Below, piece after piece: positions 9,226 to 18,578 of a DNA stretch of 64,000 nt (position 1 is the stretch's first letter; every line of letters begins with the position of its first letter). The notes beneath the pieces are model-generated. The model saw nothing but the letters and a program-made list of their open reading frames with translations, was not told the DNA's origin and ran no database searches. Source of the stretch: Myxococcota bacterium (GTDB taxonomy: Bacteria; Myxococcota_A; UBA796; CAJQPC01); assembly GCA_036012755.1 (NCBI GenBank), contig DASCPX010000112.1, positions 26,436 through 90,435 of the forward strand. The letters are read 5' to 3'. The position numbers and the translations under genes are program-made.

Positions 9226-9992
9226 CAGGCGGCCTCGTCGACCACGCGCGCGGTCGGTGCGAGCGATGCGTTGAGCCGGTCGACCATGAAGCGCGGGTTC
9301 TCGCCGTTGAGGGTGCTCAACAGGCCCTGGGCGACGATCGTCTTCGCCGCGATCTCCTCGGCGCTGCGGACCTTGAGCTTGTTCGCGATGGGGATGCCGA
9401 GGAGGTTCGCGAGCAGCGAGCCGTAGAAGGTCGTGAGCAGCGCGACGGCCATCGCGGGACCGATGGCGTTGGGGTCGCTGAGGTTCTGGAGCATCTGGAC
9501 CAGGCCGACCAGGGTTCCGATCATGCCCATCGCAGGTCCGTAGGCGCCGATGCTGTCCCAGACGGCGGCGGCGCCCTTGTGGCGCGCCTCGATCTTGTCG
9601 AGCTCGTCGAAGAGCACCTCTTCGATCGCCGCGGCCTCGTGGCCGTCGACGACCATCAACAGCCCGCGCTTCATGAAGTCGTCGCTGGTCTCCTGGGCGG
9701 CGCTCTCGAGGGACAAGAGGCCCTCGCGGCGGGCGCGGTTGGAGAGCTCGGAGAGGAGCTTGATGACGTCCGTGATGGCGATGGGCTTGGAGAAGACCGC
9801 GGCCTTGCCCGCTTTGAGCGCGCCCATGACCTGTCCCCCGGGGAAGCCGACGAAGATGACACCGATGGTGCCGCCGATGACGATCGCCATGGAAGGGACG
9901 TCGACGAAGATGCCCAGGGAGCTCCCCATCAAGATGGCGGCCACGATCAGGGCCACGGTGACGAACAGTCCGCCGATGGTCGCGAGATCCAA
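9225..9992 (-). CDS. motA: Stator protein MotA/PomA
   Basis: TTG start 4 nt after GGAGGA giving MDLATIGG; ARREGLLSLE; PAMGMIGTLVGLV; IGPAMAVALLTTFYG. Confidence 0.96.
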   Translation of the reverse strand: MDLATIGGLFVTVALIVAAILMGSSLGIFVDVPSMAIVIGGTIGVIFVGFPGGQVMGALKAGKAAVFSKPIAITDVIKLLSELSNRARREGLLSLESAAQETSDDFMKRGLLMVVDGHEAAAIEEVLFDELDKIEARHKGAAAVWDSIGAYGPAMGMIGTLVGLVQMLQNLSDPNAIGPAMAVALLTTFYGSLLANLLGIPIANKLKVRSAEEIAAKTIVAQGLLSTLNGENPRFMVDRLNASLAPTARVVDEAA

Positions 9993-10031
9993 GTGGTCCT
10001 CCAAGGAGAGACAGAATCGGGTTCAAGGAAC

Positions 10032-10058
10032 TCATCGGCCCCCAGGGGCCTGGATTTA
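10032..10058 (-). promoter_or_regulatory. sigma28 (FliA/SigD)-type promoter upstream of motA
   Basis: Minus strand reads TAAA-N15-GCCGATGA versus consensus TAAA-N15-GCCGATAA. Confidence 0.8.
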
Positions 10059-10100
10059 GGCTTCCTGGGGACCGATTGTGGCGAGAGTGTCTGAGGGGAA

Positions 10101-11426
10101 TCAGACGAGGTTGACGAGTTCCTGCAGCGTGTCGTTCGCGGTGGACACGACCCTGGCGTTTGCCTGGTAGCTGCGCTGGCTCTGGATCATGGCCACGAAC
10201 TGGTCCTCGAGTTCGACGTTCGAGCCCTCCAGTGCGTAGCCGTTGACCGAGCCACGACCGCCGACGCCGGCGGCGCCGAGCACGCCTTCTCCGGAGTCCG
10301 GGGTGGCCCGGAAGAGGTTGCCGCCGGCGCGGGACAGGAAGGAATCGGCCGCGAAGGTCGCCAGGGCGATCTGGCCGAGGATCTCGTCCTTGCCGTTGGA
10401 GTAGCTGGCGATGATCTGGCCGTCGTCGTCGATCTGGACGGAGCTGACCTCGCCGGAGGCGTAGCCGTCCTGGCTGATGTTGTAGGCAGCGAAGGACTCG
10501 CCGCTCATCGAGATCGAGCCGTCGTCGTCGTCGCCGGAGCTGTCGACGCCGAACTCGACCTCGAAGTCCATCGTCGAGCCGGTGGCCCAGGGGTCGGTAG
10601 AGGTCATCGTCTGCTCGATGGACTCCAGGTCCGTGCCGTCGAAGGTCAGGGTGCCGTCCATGAGCTCGGTGACGTAGCCCTCGCCGTCTGGGTCGGCGGT
10701 GGGGTCGAGTTCCGTGGCGGCGGTGACCACCTTGTAGTCCCAGCTGTCGGCGCCGGTCTGCTCGAAGTAGATGACCACGTCGTGGGCGACGCCGTAGTCG
10801 TCGTAGATCGTGGTGGACGTGCTGTGCACGAAGTCACCCTCGAGGTCGTCCCAGGTCTCGCTGGCGCCGTCGAGGGTCGCGCTCGACAGCGTGCTCCCGT
10901 AGTTCCCGTCCTCGTCCGCGTCATGGATCGGGAGGTTCAGGTCGAGGGTGATGTTCTCCGTGGCCTCCGGATCGGTCGGCGCGGTGTCGATGCGGAGGTC
11001 GGAGATGCGCGAGGTCAGGTCGCCGTCGTAGGCGTTGTAGCCCTGCAGGCGCAGCCCCGATGAGGTCGTCAGGAAGCCGTCGGCATCCATGTAGAAGGCG
11101 CCGTCGCGGGTGTAGTAGGAGTTGTCGCCGTCGTTGACCTGGAAGAAGCCCTTCCCGGAGATGGCCATGTCCAGCGCCGAGTCGGAGCTGGACACGCTGC
11201 CCTGTCCGAAGAGCGTCATGGTGCTGGCGAGTCCGGCGCCGCCGCCGAGCTGGTTCTGACCGTTGAGCCCGCCGATGCCGTTGGGGATGAGGTCCGCGAA
11301 GCTGGCGCGGGTGCCCTTGAAGCCGGTCGTGTTGATGTTGGCGATGTTGTCGCCGATCACCGACATGGACGTCGAGCTCACGCCGAGGCCAGAGGCCCCC
11401 GTGTTCAGGGTTCCGAAGAGGGACAT
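10101..11426 (-). CDS. flgE: Flagellar hook protein FlgE
   Basis: GASGL...VIGDNIANINTTGFK, DMAISGKGFF, YTRDGAF, LEGSNVEL...QRSYQANARVV; 441 aa. Confidence 0.96.
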   Translation of the reverse strand: MSLFGTLNTGASGLGVSSTSMSVIGDNIANINTTGFKGTRASFADLIPNGIGGLNGQNQLGGGAGLASTMTLFGQGSVSSSDSALDMAISGKGFFQVNDGDNSYYTRDGAFYMDADGFLTTSSGLRLQGYNAYDGDLTSRISDLRIDTAPTDPEATENITLDLNLPIHDADEDGNYGSTLSSATLDGASETWDDLEGDFVHSTSTTIYDDYGVAHDVVIYFEQTGADSWDYKVVTAATELDPTADPDGEGYVTELMDGTLTFDGTDLESIEQTMTSTDPWATGSTMDFEVEFGVDSSGDDDDGSISMSGESFAAYNISQDGYASGEVSSVQIDDDGQIIASYSNGKDEILGQIALATFAADSFLSRAGGNLFRATPDSGEGVLGAAGVGGRGSVNGYALEGSNVELEDQFVAMIQSQRSYQANARVVSTANDTLQELVNLV

Positions 11427-11525
11427 GAGAAGGCTCCTGTGGAAGTGGATCGCATCAATCGGTCAGCGATCCCCAGGCCTCCTCGGTGTCACCTTGGTCC
11501 GGCCTGGTGGGTTTGGTCACAGAAC

Positions 11526-11553
11526 CCTTCGGCACAACGGTGACAGGCGTTTA
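11526..11553 (-). promoter_or_regulatory. Possible sigma28-type promoter upstream of flgE
   Basis: Minus strand reads TAAA-N16-GCCGAAGG; weaker match than the motA promoter. Confidence 0.5.
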
Positions 11554-11561
11554 GGACCGAT

Positions 11562-12302
11562 TCACTTCACGAGGGTCTTCACCAGCTCGTTGGCGGCCTT
11601 GTAGTCGTAGACGTAGATCGAAAGGTCGTTGTCGTCGCCCTGGTAGACGCTGGCGTAGCCACCGTCCAGCTCACGGTCTTCGTCTGCCGTGCTGCTGCCG
11701 GGGACGTACTCCCAGTCGATGGACACATAGGACCTGGCCGCCTTCTCACCTTCGACGTTGTTGTAGGTGTAGCCGTCGCTGGTCGACATCGACTTCTCGA
11801 TGATGCTGTAGCCGCCCTTCTCGAGGTGACCGACGACCGTGTCGGCCTTTACCTCTGTGATCTTGGCGCCCTTGGGCAGGACAGCGCCCAGGATCTTCTC
11901 GGCCTCGTCGCCGTTGTAGACGGTGACGTCGAGGACCGACTTCCCGTCGATGGCGACGCCCTGGGCGTCCTCGGCCATCCACAGGGCGTCCTTTCTGGTG
12001 TCGTAGCGGTCGATGTCGATCTCCGCCCACTGGTTGCCCTTCTTGGCGCTGCACTCGTCGTCGCGAATGCCCTCGTCGGTGTAGCTGTAGCACTCGGTCA
12101 CGGTCCAGCCGTTGGCCACCAGCGCCCCTTGCAGCTCGGAGGTACTCCAGTCGCCGAAGGAGCCGCCCGGGGCCGCAGGGGCGGTCGCCGTCGAGGGGGT
12201 GGCCCTTGGTGCGGTGTTGTCTGCTGGGGTCGTCCCGCCGCCGCAGGCCAGCGCCAATGCGGCCAGGCTGGCGATCGTGATCGCGCGTGTGGTCCTGCTC
12301 AT
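11562..12302 (-). CDS. Hypothetical lipoprotein
   Basis: Canonical signal MSRTTRAITIASLAALALAC, Pro/Thr/Ala tether, two loosely similar domains. Confidence 0.75.
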   Translation of the reverse strand: MSRTTRAITIASLAALALACGGGTTPADNTAPRATPSTATAPAAPGGSFGDWSTSELQGALVANGWTVTECYSYTDEGIRDDECSAKKGNQWAEIDIDRYDTRKDALWMAEDAQGVAIDGKSVLDVTVYNGDEAEKILGAVLPKGAKITEVKADTVVGHLEKGGYSIIEKSMSTSDGYTYNNVEGEKAARSYVSIDWEYVPGSSTADEDRELDGGYASVYQGDDNDLSIYVYDYKAANELVKTLVK

Positions 12303-12354
12303 CTCCGTACTCCGGTCCGGGGTGGGAGTGGTATCGTGCGAGGGTTCGAGTTGC

Positions 12355-13728
12355 TTACAGGCCGAGGTGGCGCCGGCATGCACCGACCAGGCTGGAGATC
12401 TCGTCCTGCTCCTCGGAGAGCCAGGTCTCGGAGGTCACCCACTCGCAGACGGCGCGCTTCTCCTCTGGGTCTGGCTCGTCCTCCATCAGGTTGGCGAGCT
12501 CCCCAGGATCATCGCCGAGGTCGAAGAGGCCTTCGCTGGGCCCAGGCCAGTATGTGCCCGGCACGTCCTGGAAGGGCTTGCACTCCGTGTACTGTCGCTC
12601 GGGGAAGAGGAAGTACTTGCGGTCGCCCCGAACGACGCCGGCGGTCTCCGGTCCGCGCTCGAAGAAGACATCGACGGCGTCTGTGCCCTCGCCGCTCATC
12701 AAGGGGATCAGGCTGCGCCCATCGATGCGGTTGGGCCACTCCATGTCGAGCAGCTCCAGCATCGTCGGCAGGATGTCGATCGAGCTGACGTGGGTGTCGA
12801 CCAGCGAAGGCTCGAAGCCGGGGGCGCGGATCGAGAAGGTCGTGTTCAGCACGGCGTCGTAGGTGCTGCAGCCGTGGAGGTAGTAGTCGTGGTGCTCGCC
12901 GAGCTCCTCGCCGTGGTCCGTGCCGGTGACCACGATGTCCCAGCGGTCCTGGTCCTCGAGCAGAGTTCGGATCTGGGCGAAGAGCTCGTCGTCGGAGCGG
13001 ACCTGGCTTGCGTAGACCGCCTCGAACCACTCCTGGAAGCCCTCCGGGATCGGCTCGCCGAGGGTGTGGGCGGAGACGTCCTCTGAGTTGATGGTGCTCC
13101 GCGGCTCCCAGTCGCCGTCGTAGAAGTCGTCGATCCAGGGGTCGCGCGGGCTGTAGGCGGCGTGGGGGTCCCGGAAGTGGATCCAGAAGAAGGCGTCGCG
13201 CTCTGGCGCCAGGCGCTCGAGGTCCTCTGCGAAGGCGTCCACCAGGGTGGAGTCCCGGAAGTCGTCCGAGCCTGCCTCGGCCCACTCGTCGGGGTCCGTG
13301 CAGACCGTCTCGGTCCAGTCGTCGTCGAGGAGGTGACACTTGTTCGCGCTGTAGCCGAAGGTGGCCCAGCCCTCTGCCTTCAGCAGCTGGTGGATCATCG
13401 GCGGCATGTCGGCTGGGATGTCGTGGCTCTGGACGCTGTGGGTGCGAGGGTAGGTCCCGGTCGCCAGCGACGGCAGGCTGACCACAGTCACGCCGCGGGG
13501 CACCACCGTGTTCTCGAAGACAACCGCCTCGCTGAAGAGCTGATCGTGGGCCGGGGAGGAGTCGAAGGCGCCGCCGCCCCCGATGTAGTCCTCGTTCAGC
13601 GTGTCCATCGTGAACCAGAGGATGGTGCGCCCGGGGCCGGCGGGCAGCTCCAGCTCCGGGACGCGCAGATTGGCTTCTGCGGGTTGGCCGGTGTCGTCTC
13701 CCGCTGTGCAGGCCAACAGGAGGATCAT
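12355..13728 (-). CDS. Sulfatase-fold (alkaline phosphatase superfamily) lipoprotein, paralog 3
   Basis: ATGA overlap with the upstream stop; MILLLAC; FTMDTLN, WIHFRDPH, GTDHGEELGEH, DILPTMLELL. Confidence 0.88.
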   Translation of the reverse strand: MILLLACTAGDDTGQPAEANLRVPELELPAGPGRTILWFTMDTLNEDYIGGGGAFDSSPAHDQLFSEAVVFENTVVPRGVTVVSLPSLATGTYPRTHSVQSHDIPADMPPMIHQLLKAEGWATFGYSANKCHLLDDDWTETVCTDPDEWAEAGSDDFRDSTLVDAFAEDLERLAPERDAFFWIHFRDPHAAYSPRDPWIDDFYDGDWEPRSTINSEDVSAHTLGEPIPEGFQEWFEAVYASQVRSDDELFAQIRTLLEDQDRWDIVVTGTDHGEELGEHHDYYLHGCSTYDAVLNTTFSIRAPGFEPSLVDTHVSSIDILPTMLELLDMEWPNRIDGRSLIPLMSGEGTDAVDVFFERGPETAGVVRGDRKYFLFPERQYTECKPFQDVPGTYWPGPSEGLFDLGDDPGELANLMEDEPDPEEKRAVCEWVTSETWLSEEQDEISSLVGACRRHLGL

Positions 13729-15095
13729 TCGTCGAGGTGGTCCGTGCAGGCCTGGATGAGCGCCAGCGCCTTGCTGTATTCCTTGCCCCAGGCGTAGTCG
13801 ACCACCCACTGGCAGAGGATGGTCTTCTCGGCGGAGTGCGGCTCGACCTTGTTGAGGTTGTCGTTCTCGTCCGGGTCGGCGTCCAGATCGTAGAGGCCCT
13901 CGGTCGGCCCGGGCCAGGGGTGGTCGTCGTCGAAGGGGCTGCAGCGGGGCAGATCGTCGCCGGCGTGGAGGAAGTACTTGCGGCCATCGACGACCGTTCC
14001 GGCGGTGTTCGTTCCGCGCTGGAAGAAGACCGGCACCGACTCCGTGCGCTGGCCCACCGCGACCGGCACCAGGCTGCGTCCTTCGATCTCCTCTGGGATC
14101 CGTATCTCCAGCAGGTCGAGCAAGGTGGGGAGCATGTCGGTCGTGCTGACCCTCTGGTCCACGACCGTGGGCTCGAGGCCGGGCGCCTGGAAGCTCCAGG
14201 TCGTGTTGAGCACGGGCTCGTAGGTGGAACAGCCGTGCTGGTAGTAGTCGTGGTGTGCGCCGAGCTCCTCTCCGTGGTCCGTGCCGGTGAACACGATGTC
14301 CCACCGTCCGGCTTCCTCGAGGGCTTCGCGCACCTGGCCGAGCATCTCGTCGCCCGAGGCCACCTGGCTCGCATAGACGGCCTCGAGCCAGTTCTCGAAG
14401 TCGTCGCCCGGCTCGAGCTCGCCGAGCGTGATGGCTCGGAGCTCCTCGCCCTCGATCGGGGAGCGGTCCTCGCGCGGGCCGTCGTAGAACTCGTCGATCC
14501 AGGGAACGCGCGCGCTGTAGTCGACGTGGGGGTCCCGGAGGTGCAGCCAGAAGAAGGCGTCGCGATCTGGCGGGAGGTGGTCGAGATCGTCGACGAAGGC
14601 GTCGACCACGACCTGGTCCCGCTCCCGGTCGGTGAGGCCCTCTGCGACCGGAGTCCCGTCCACACAGACGGCCTTGTTCCAGCCGCGGTTCTGCATCACG
14701 CAGATGTTCGAGGAGTAGCCGAAGGTGGACCACCCTTCGTCCTTCAGCAGCTCCTGCACCATCGGCGGCATGTCGTCCGGAGCGGGGATGTCCTTGTCGT
14801 ACACGCCGTGGGTGCGCGGGTAGGTCCCGGTCGCGATCGAGGGCAGGCTGATCACCGTGACGCCGCGGGTGACCAGGGTGTTCTGCAGGAGCACGCCCTC
14901 TTCGAAGAACTCGTTGTGGTTTGGGCTCGAGGGGTGGATCGAGTCTGGGCCGAGGTGATCCTGGTTGAGCGTGTCGATGGTGAACCACACCACCGTCCTC
15001 CCGGGAGGGGCAGGGGCGTCCAGGACCGGGATGTGCAGTCGGGCGGGCCCGCCGGTGTCCGCGCCCGTGTTGCATGCGATCAAGAGGAGGGTCAT
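13725..15095 (-). CDS. Sulfatase-fold lipoprotein, paralog 2
   Basis: ATGA overlap; MTLLLIAC; FTIDTLN, WLHLRDPH, GTDHGEELG, DMLPTLLDLL. Confidence 0.88.
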   Translation of the reverse strand: MTLLLIACNTGADTGGPARLHIPVLDAPAPPGRTVVWFTIDTLNQDHLGPDSIHPSSPNHNEFFEEGVLLQNTLVTRGVTVISLPSIATGTYPRTHGVYDKDIPAPDDMPPMVQELLKDEGWSTFGYSSNICVMQNRGWNKAVCVDGTPVAEGLTDRERDQVVVDAFVDDLDHLPPDRDAFFWLHLRDPHVDYSARVPWIDEFYDGPREDRSPIEGEELRAITLGELEPGDDFENWLEAVYASQVASGDEMLGQVREALEEAGRWDIVFTGTDHGEELGAHHDYYQHGCSTYEPVLNTTWSFQAPGLEPTVVDQRVSTTDMLPTLLDLLEIRIPEEIEGRSLVPVAVGQRTESVPVFFQRGTNTAGTVVDGRKYFLHAGDDLPRCSPFDDDHPWPGPTEGLYDLDADPDENDNLNKVEPHSAEKTILCQWVVDYAWGKEYSKALALIQACTDHLDE

Positions 15096-16450
15096 TCGGC
15101 CAGGTGCTCCGTGCAAGCGTCGATGAGCTCCTGAGCCTGAGCGACGTCGTCGCCCCAATCGTAATCCACGACCCACCCGCAGAGGGTCGTCTTCTCGATG
15201 GGGTTGGGTTCTGTCTCGGCGAGGTTGTCGGCTTCGTCGGGATCCTGGACCAGGTCGAAGAGGCCTTCTGTGGGCCCAGGCCACACCTCGTCGCCGCCGA
15301 ATGGGCGACAGAAGGGCTGCTCTCCCTTGGACAGGAAGTACTTGCGGTCCCCTTCGACGACACCGGCGGTACCGGAGCCCTTCTGGAAGAAGACCGGCAC
15401 GATGGAGTCGTCTTCGCCACCCGCGGCCGCGACCAGGCTGCGACCCTCGACGCTCTCTGGGATCGGGATGTCCAGGATCTCCAGCAGGCTCGGCAACATG
15501 TCGGTCGTGCTCACGCTGTCCTCTATGCGGCTGGGCTCGAGCTCCGGCGCGCGCATGCTCCAGGTCGTGTTGATCACGGGCTCGTAGGTCGAGCAGCCAT
15601 GGAGGAAGTAGTCGTGATGGGCTCCGAGCTCCTCGCCGTGATCCGTGCCCGTGAAGATGACATCGAGCCGGTCGGCTCCTTCCAGGGCATCGCGTACCTG
15701 GCCGAGCATCGCGTCGCTGGAGGCCACCTGGCTTGCGTAGACCGCGCTCAACCAGTCCTCGAAGCCGTCAGGAGGCTCCGTCTCTCCGAGCGTGATGCCG
15801 TCGAGGTCGTCCATGATGATGGTCGTGCGGCCGTCCCGCGGGGCGTCGTAGAAGTCGCTGATCCAGGGTTCGCGCGGGCTGTAGGGAGCGTGCGGATCTC
15901 GCAGGTGGATCCAGAAGAACGCGTCCTGGTGGGCGGGCAGTCTCGCCAGATCCCGCAGGAAGGCATCGACCATCAGCTGGTCGCGCGCCTGGTCGGTGGA
16001 GGCTGTCGCGCTGTCCGCGGAGCAGTGCGACTCGGTCCAGCCGCGGCTGTGCATGACGCAGATGTTGGCGGAGTAGACGTAGGTCTCGAAGCCCTCGTCC
16101 TGGAGCAGCTCCTGCACCATCGCAGGCATCGCGCCAGGCGGGGGGATCTGCTTCTCCGTCACGCCGTGGGTGCGGGGGTAGGTGCCCGTGGCGATCGACG
16201 GCAAGCTGATCACCGTCACACCGCGGGTGACGACGGTGTGGGGCATCACCACCCCCTGCTCGAACAGCGCCTCGTGGTGCGGGCTCGAGGGGTGGACGGA
16301 GTCCGGACCGAGGTGGTCCTGGTTGAGCGTGTCGATGGTGAACCAGACGACCGTCCTCGGGCCACTGGTCCTGGCCTCCTGCACGGGTATGCGCAGCGCT
16401 GGAGCCGAGGGGTCCTCGGGACCGGCGGCGCAGGCGAGGAGCCAGATCAT
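15092..16450 (-). CDS. Sulfatase-fold lipoprotein, paralog 1
   Basis: ATGA overlap; MIWLLAC; same motif set as paralogs 2 and 3. Confidence 0.88.
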   Translation of the reverse strand: MIWLLACAAGPEDPSAPALRIPVQEARTSGPRTVVWFTIDTLNQDHLGPDSVHPSSPHHEALFEQGVVMPHTVVTRGVTVISLPSIATGTYPRTHGVTEKQIPPPGAMPAMVQELLQDEGFETYVYSANICVMHSRGWTESHCSADSATASTDQARDQLMVDAFLRDLARLPAHQDAFFWIHLRDPHAPYSPREPWISDFYDAPRDGRTTIIMDDLDGITLGETEPPDGFEDWLSAVYASQVASSDAMLGQVRDALEGADRLDVIFTGTDHGEELGAHHDYFLHGCSTYEPVINTTWSMRAPELEPSRIEDSVSTTDMLPSLLEILDIPIPESVEGRSLVAAAGGEDDSIVPVFFQKGSGTAGVVEGDRKYFLSKGEQPFCRPFGGDEVWPGPTEGLFDLVQDPDEADNLAETEPNPIEKTTLCGWVVDYDWGDDVAQAQELIDACTEHLAE

Positions 16451-17778
16451 TCCAGGTACCCCAGGGCCCGGAGTCCCTCCAGGGTGGCCTCGTCGACTTC
16501 GATCTCGGTCTCGGCAGGGCTACGGAGGACCACGGTGGCCCGGTAGTCGTCCAGCGCCTCGCGGAGTGTCTGCAGCGGGGTGCCGTCTTCTTCGACGAGA
16601 CTGGTCTGCTCGTCGTCGCCCCGGTAGAGCGCCTCGCCGCCTCGCCACTGCATGAGCTTCCAGTCGTCCTGGACCACCATCCACGTGCCGGTCTCGATGG
16701 TCTTCAGCCCTCCGCGGTAGCCGATGACGGCGCGCTCCGGCAGCGGCTCGGTCAGATCGAGGCCGTCGACGGCCTGGGGCAGCTTTCGAACGCCGGCGAG
16801 GCTGGCGAGGGTCGGTGCGAGGTCCACCTGGCTCACGTTGTCACGAACGACGCGGCCCTGCGGAACTCCCGGGCCGGCGACGAGGAAGACGACGTCGTTG
16901 ACCTCCTGCCAGGTGCGCGTGTTCAGCCCGTGTCCCCACTTTTCGTGCTCGCCGAAGGCGTCGCCGTGGTCGGAGATGACGACGATGATGGCGTCCTCCA
17001 TCTCGAGGTCGGCGACGATGCGCTCTACCCAGTGGTCCATCCAGGCGATCTCGGAGGCGTAGGCGCTCTTCATCTCGTCGACGGGGTCGGCCTCGTCGAC
17101 GAAGCCCGGCGCCCGGCGGTGGTAGGGCTGGTGCGCGTCCATGAGGTGGACCCAGACGAAGTCGGGGCGGGGGTCCGTCTCCAGCGCGTCGGAGAACTCC
17201 AGGAGCTTGGCGTGGACCTTCTCCGCGTCGGCGGGGGCTTGTCCTCGGGCCTCGAGGCACCACTCCTGGGGAGCGTCGGGGTTCGCCGTCTTGGGTCCGG
17301 GGTGGACCTCCATGTCGTCGACCCCGAGCTTGTCGTAGAGCTCGAAGCCGCGGGCGTAGCCCTGGCGACTCAGCATCAGGTGGTTCGTCGTGACCCCGGC
17401 GGTCTGGTAGCCGTTGCGGCGGAAGTGCTGCGCGAGGGTGAGGGTGGACTTGTCGAGGACGGGGAGGGGGAGGAGCTCTCGCCCGGACTCCGCGGACTCG
17501 GCGCGCTTGGGGATGGGGCCCTCCAGCACGCCGTGGCGGTCGGCATACTGGCCGGTCATCAGGCTCATGATGCTCGGCGGCGTCCAGGAGCTGACGGAGT
17601 GCGCGTTTTCGTAGACGACGCCTCGCTCCGCGAGGGCTCGCATCGTGGGGGTCCCGTCACCGGAGAGATCGAGGTGGTCGGCACGCATCGTGTCCAGCAC
17701 GAAGACGATCACGTCCGGGTGGTTGTCCTGCGCGGTCGCAGGAGCGCATGCGCCGAGACACTGGAGCAGCAGGAACAT
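16447..17778 (-). CDS. Sulfatase-family lipoprotein
   Basis: LDTMRADH, SSWTPPSIMSLMTG, HLMDAHQPY, SDHGD, C-terminal LRALGY. Confidence 0.88.
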   Translation of the reverse strand: MFLLLQCLGACAPATAQDNHPDVIVFVLDTMRADHLDLSGDGTPTMRALAERGVVYENAHSVSSWTPPSIMSLMTGQYADRHGVLEGPIPKRAESAESGRELLPLPVLDKSTLTLAQHFRRNGYQTAGVTTNHLMLSRQGYARGFELYDKLGVDDMEVHPGPKTANPDAPQEWCLEARGQAPADAEKVHAKLLEFSDALETDPRPDFVWVHLMDAHQPYHRRAPGFVDEADPVDEMKSAYASEIAWMDHWVERIVADLEMEDAIIVVISDHGDAFGEHEKWGHGLNTRTWQEVNDVVFLVAGPGVPQGRVVRDNVSQVDLAPTLASLAGVRKLPQAVDGLDLTEPLPERAVIGYRGGLKTIETGTWMVVQDDWKLMQWRGGEALYRGDDEQTSLVEEDGTPLQTLREALDDYRATVVLRSPAETEIEVDEATLEGLRALGYLE

Positions 17779-17812
17779 CAACGACGTCTAACCAGTGTGG
17801 GACGATGGCCGC

Positions 17813-18568
17813 GTGCTGCTTCTGCTGCTGGCTTGTGTGACGAACCTGCCCGACACCGGGACGGCCCCGGACTCGGAGGCCGAGGCTGATGCGGACGCGG
17901 ACGCCGACAGCGACACCGACGCAGACGCAGACGGTGACACCGACGCGGACTCCGACGCTGACGGCGACGCCGACACCGACGCTGACGGGGACGCGGACAA
18001 CTGCGTGATGCTCGCCGAGGATCTGCCTGGGAACAACGATGTCGTCGAGCGGGACCTGGGGTCGGTGGTCAGCGCCGGCGGGGCTCAGCTGTGGCTGAAG
18101 AACTTCGACCCCCCGAACCAGTCGAGTTCGGACAAGCACCACGTCTTCGCCGGTCGGACCGTAGAGGACGCCGGAGACGGTGGCGGGCCGGGTCAGACCG
18201 ACTTCTGGCGCTTCCGGACCGGCCAGAACTACGGCGGCGGCGGTGACGGCACGATGAAGATCCTGACCTCGAAGGAGCCCAACGGGCAGGAAGAGGATCG
18301 CCTGCTCGACGACTACGCCTGGGACACCTCCGCGACCTACACCCTGCGCGCGGAGTGGGGCGCCGATGGCAACACCCGCTACGCGCTGGATGGCTCCGAG
18401 ATCTGGTCCTTCGCCTGGGACGTGCCTCTGGACATCCGGTACATCTACGTCGGCAACGACGGCTACCACGGCTACGCGACGACCCCCGACGCCCAGTACG
18501 TGCGGCTGGTGGCATGGCGCGGAGACAAGCCCGAGCACCTGGACTCTGCGGTCGCGGACTGCCCCTAA
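17813..18568 (+). CDS. Hypothetical lipoprotein with Asp-rich (DADAD/DTD) linker and beta-rich domain
   Basis: GTG start giving MLLLLLAC; alternating-Asp tract; strong GC3 codon bias. Confidence 0.75.
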   Translation: MLLLLLACVTNLPDTGTAPDSEAEADADADADSDTDADADGDTDADSDADGDADTDADGDADNCVMLAEDLPGNNDVVERDLGSVVSAGGAQLWLKNFDPPNQSSSDKHHVFAGRTVEDAGDGGGPGQTDFWRFRTGQNYGGGGDGTMKILTSKEPNGQEEDRLLDDYAWDTSATYTLRAEWGADGNTRYALDGSEIWSFAWDVPLDIRYIYVGNDGYHGYATTPDAQYVRLVAWRGDKPEHLDSAVADCP

Positions 18569-18578
18569 GAGGACGAGA

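Noticed and set aside
8491..10035. 514-aa MotB with a long N-terminus
   Set aside because: Overlaps motA out of frame. MotB starts at 9225.
12355..15420. 1021-aa ORF suggesting a large fusion
   Set aside because: The N-terminal part is an off-frame shadow of upstream paralogs. The real gene starts at the ATGA overlap at 13728.
12355..16450. Paralog similarity as a DGR template/variable repeat pair
   Set aside because: Similarity spans whole genes, differences are not adenine-specific, and there is no reverse transcriptase in the window.
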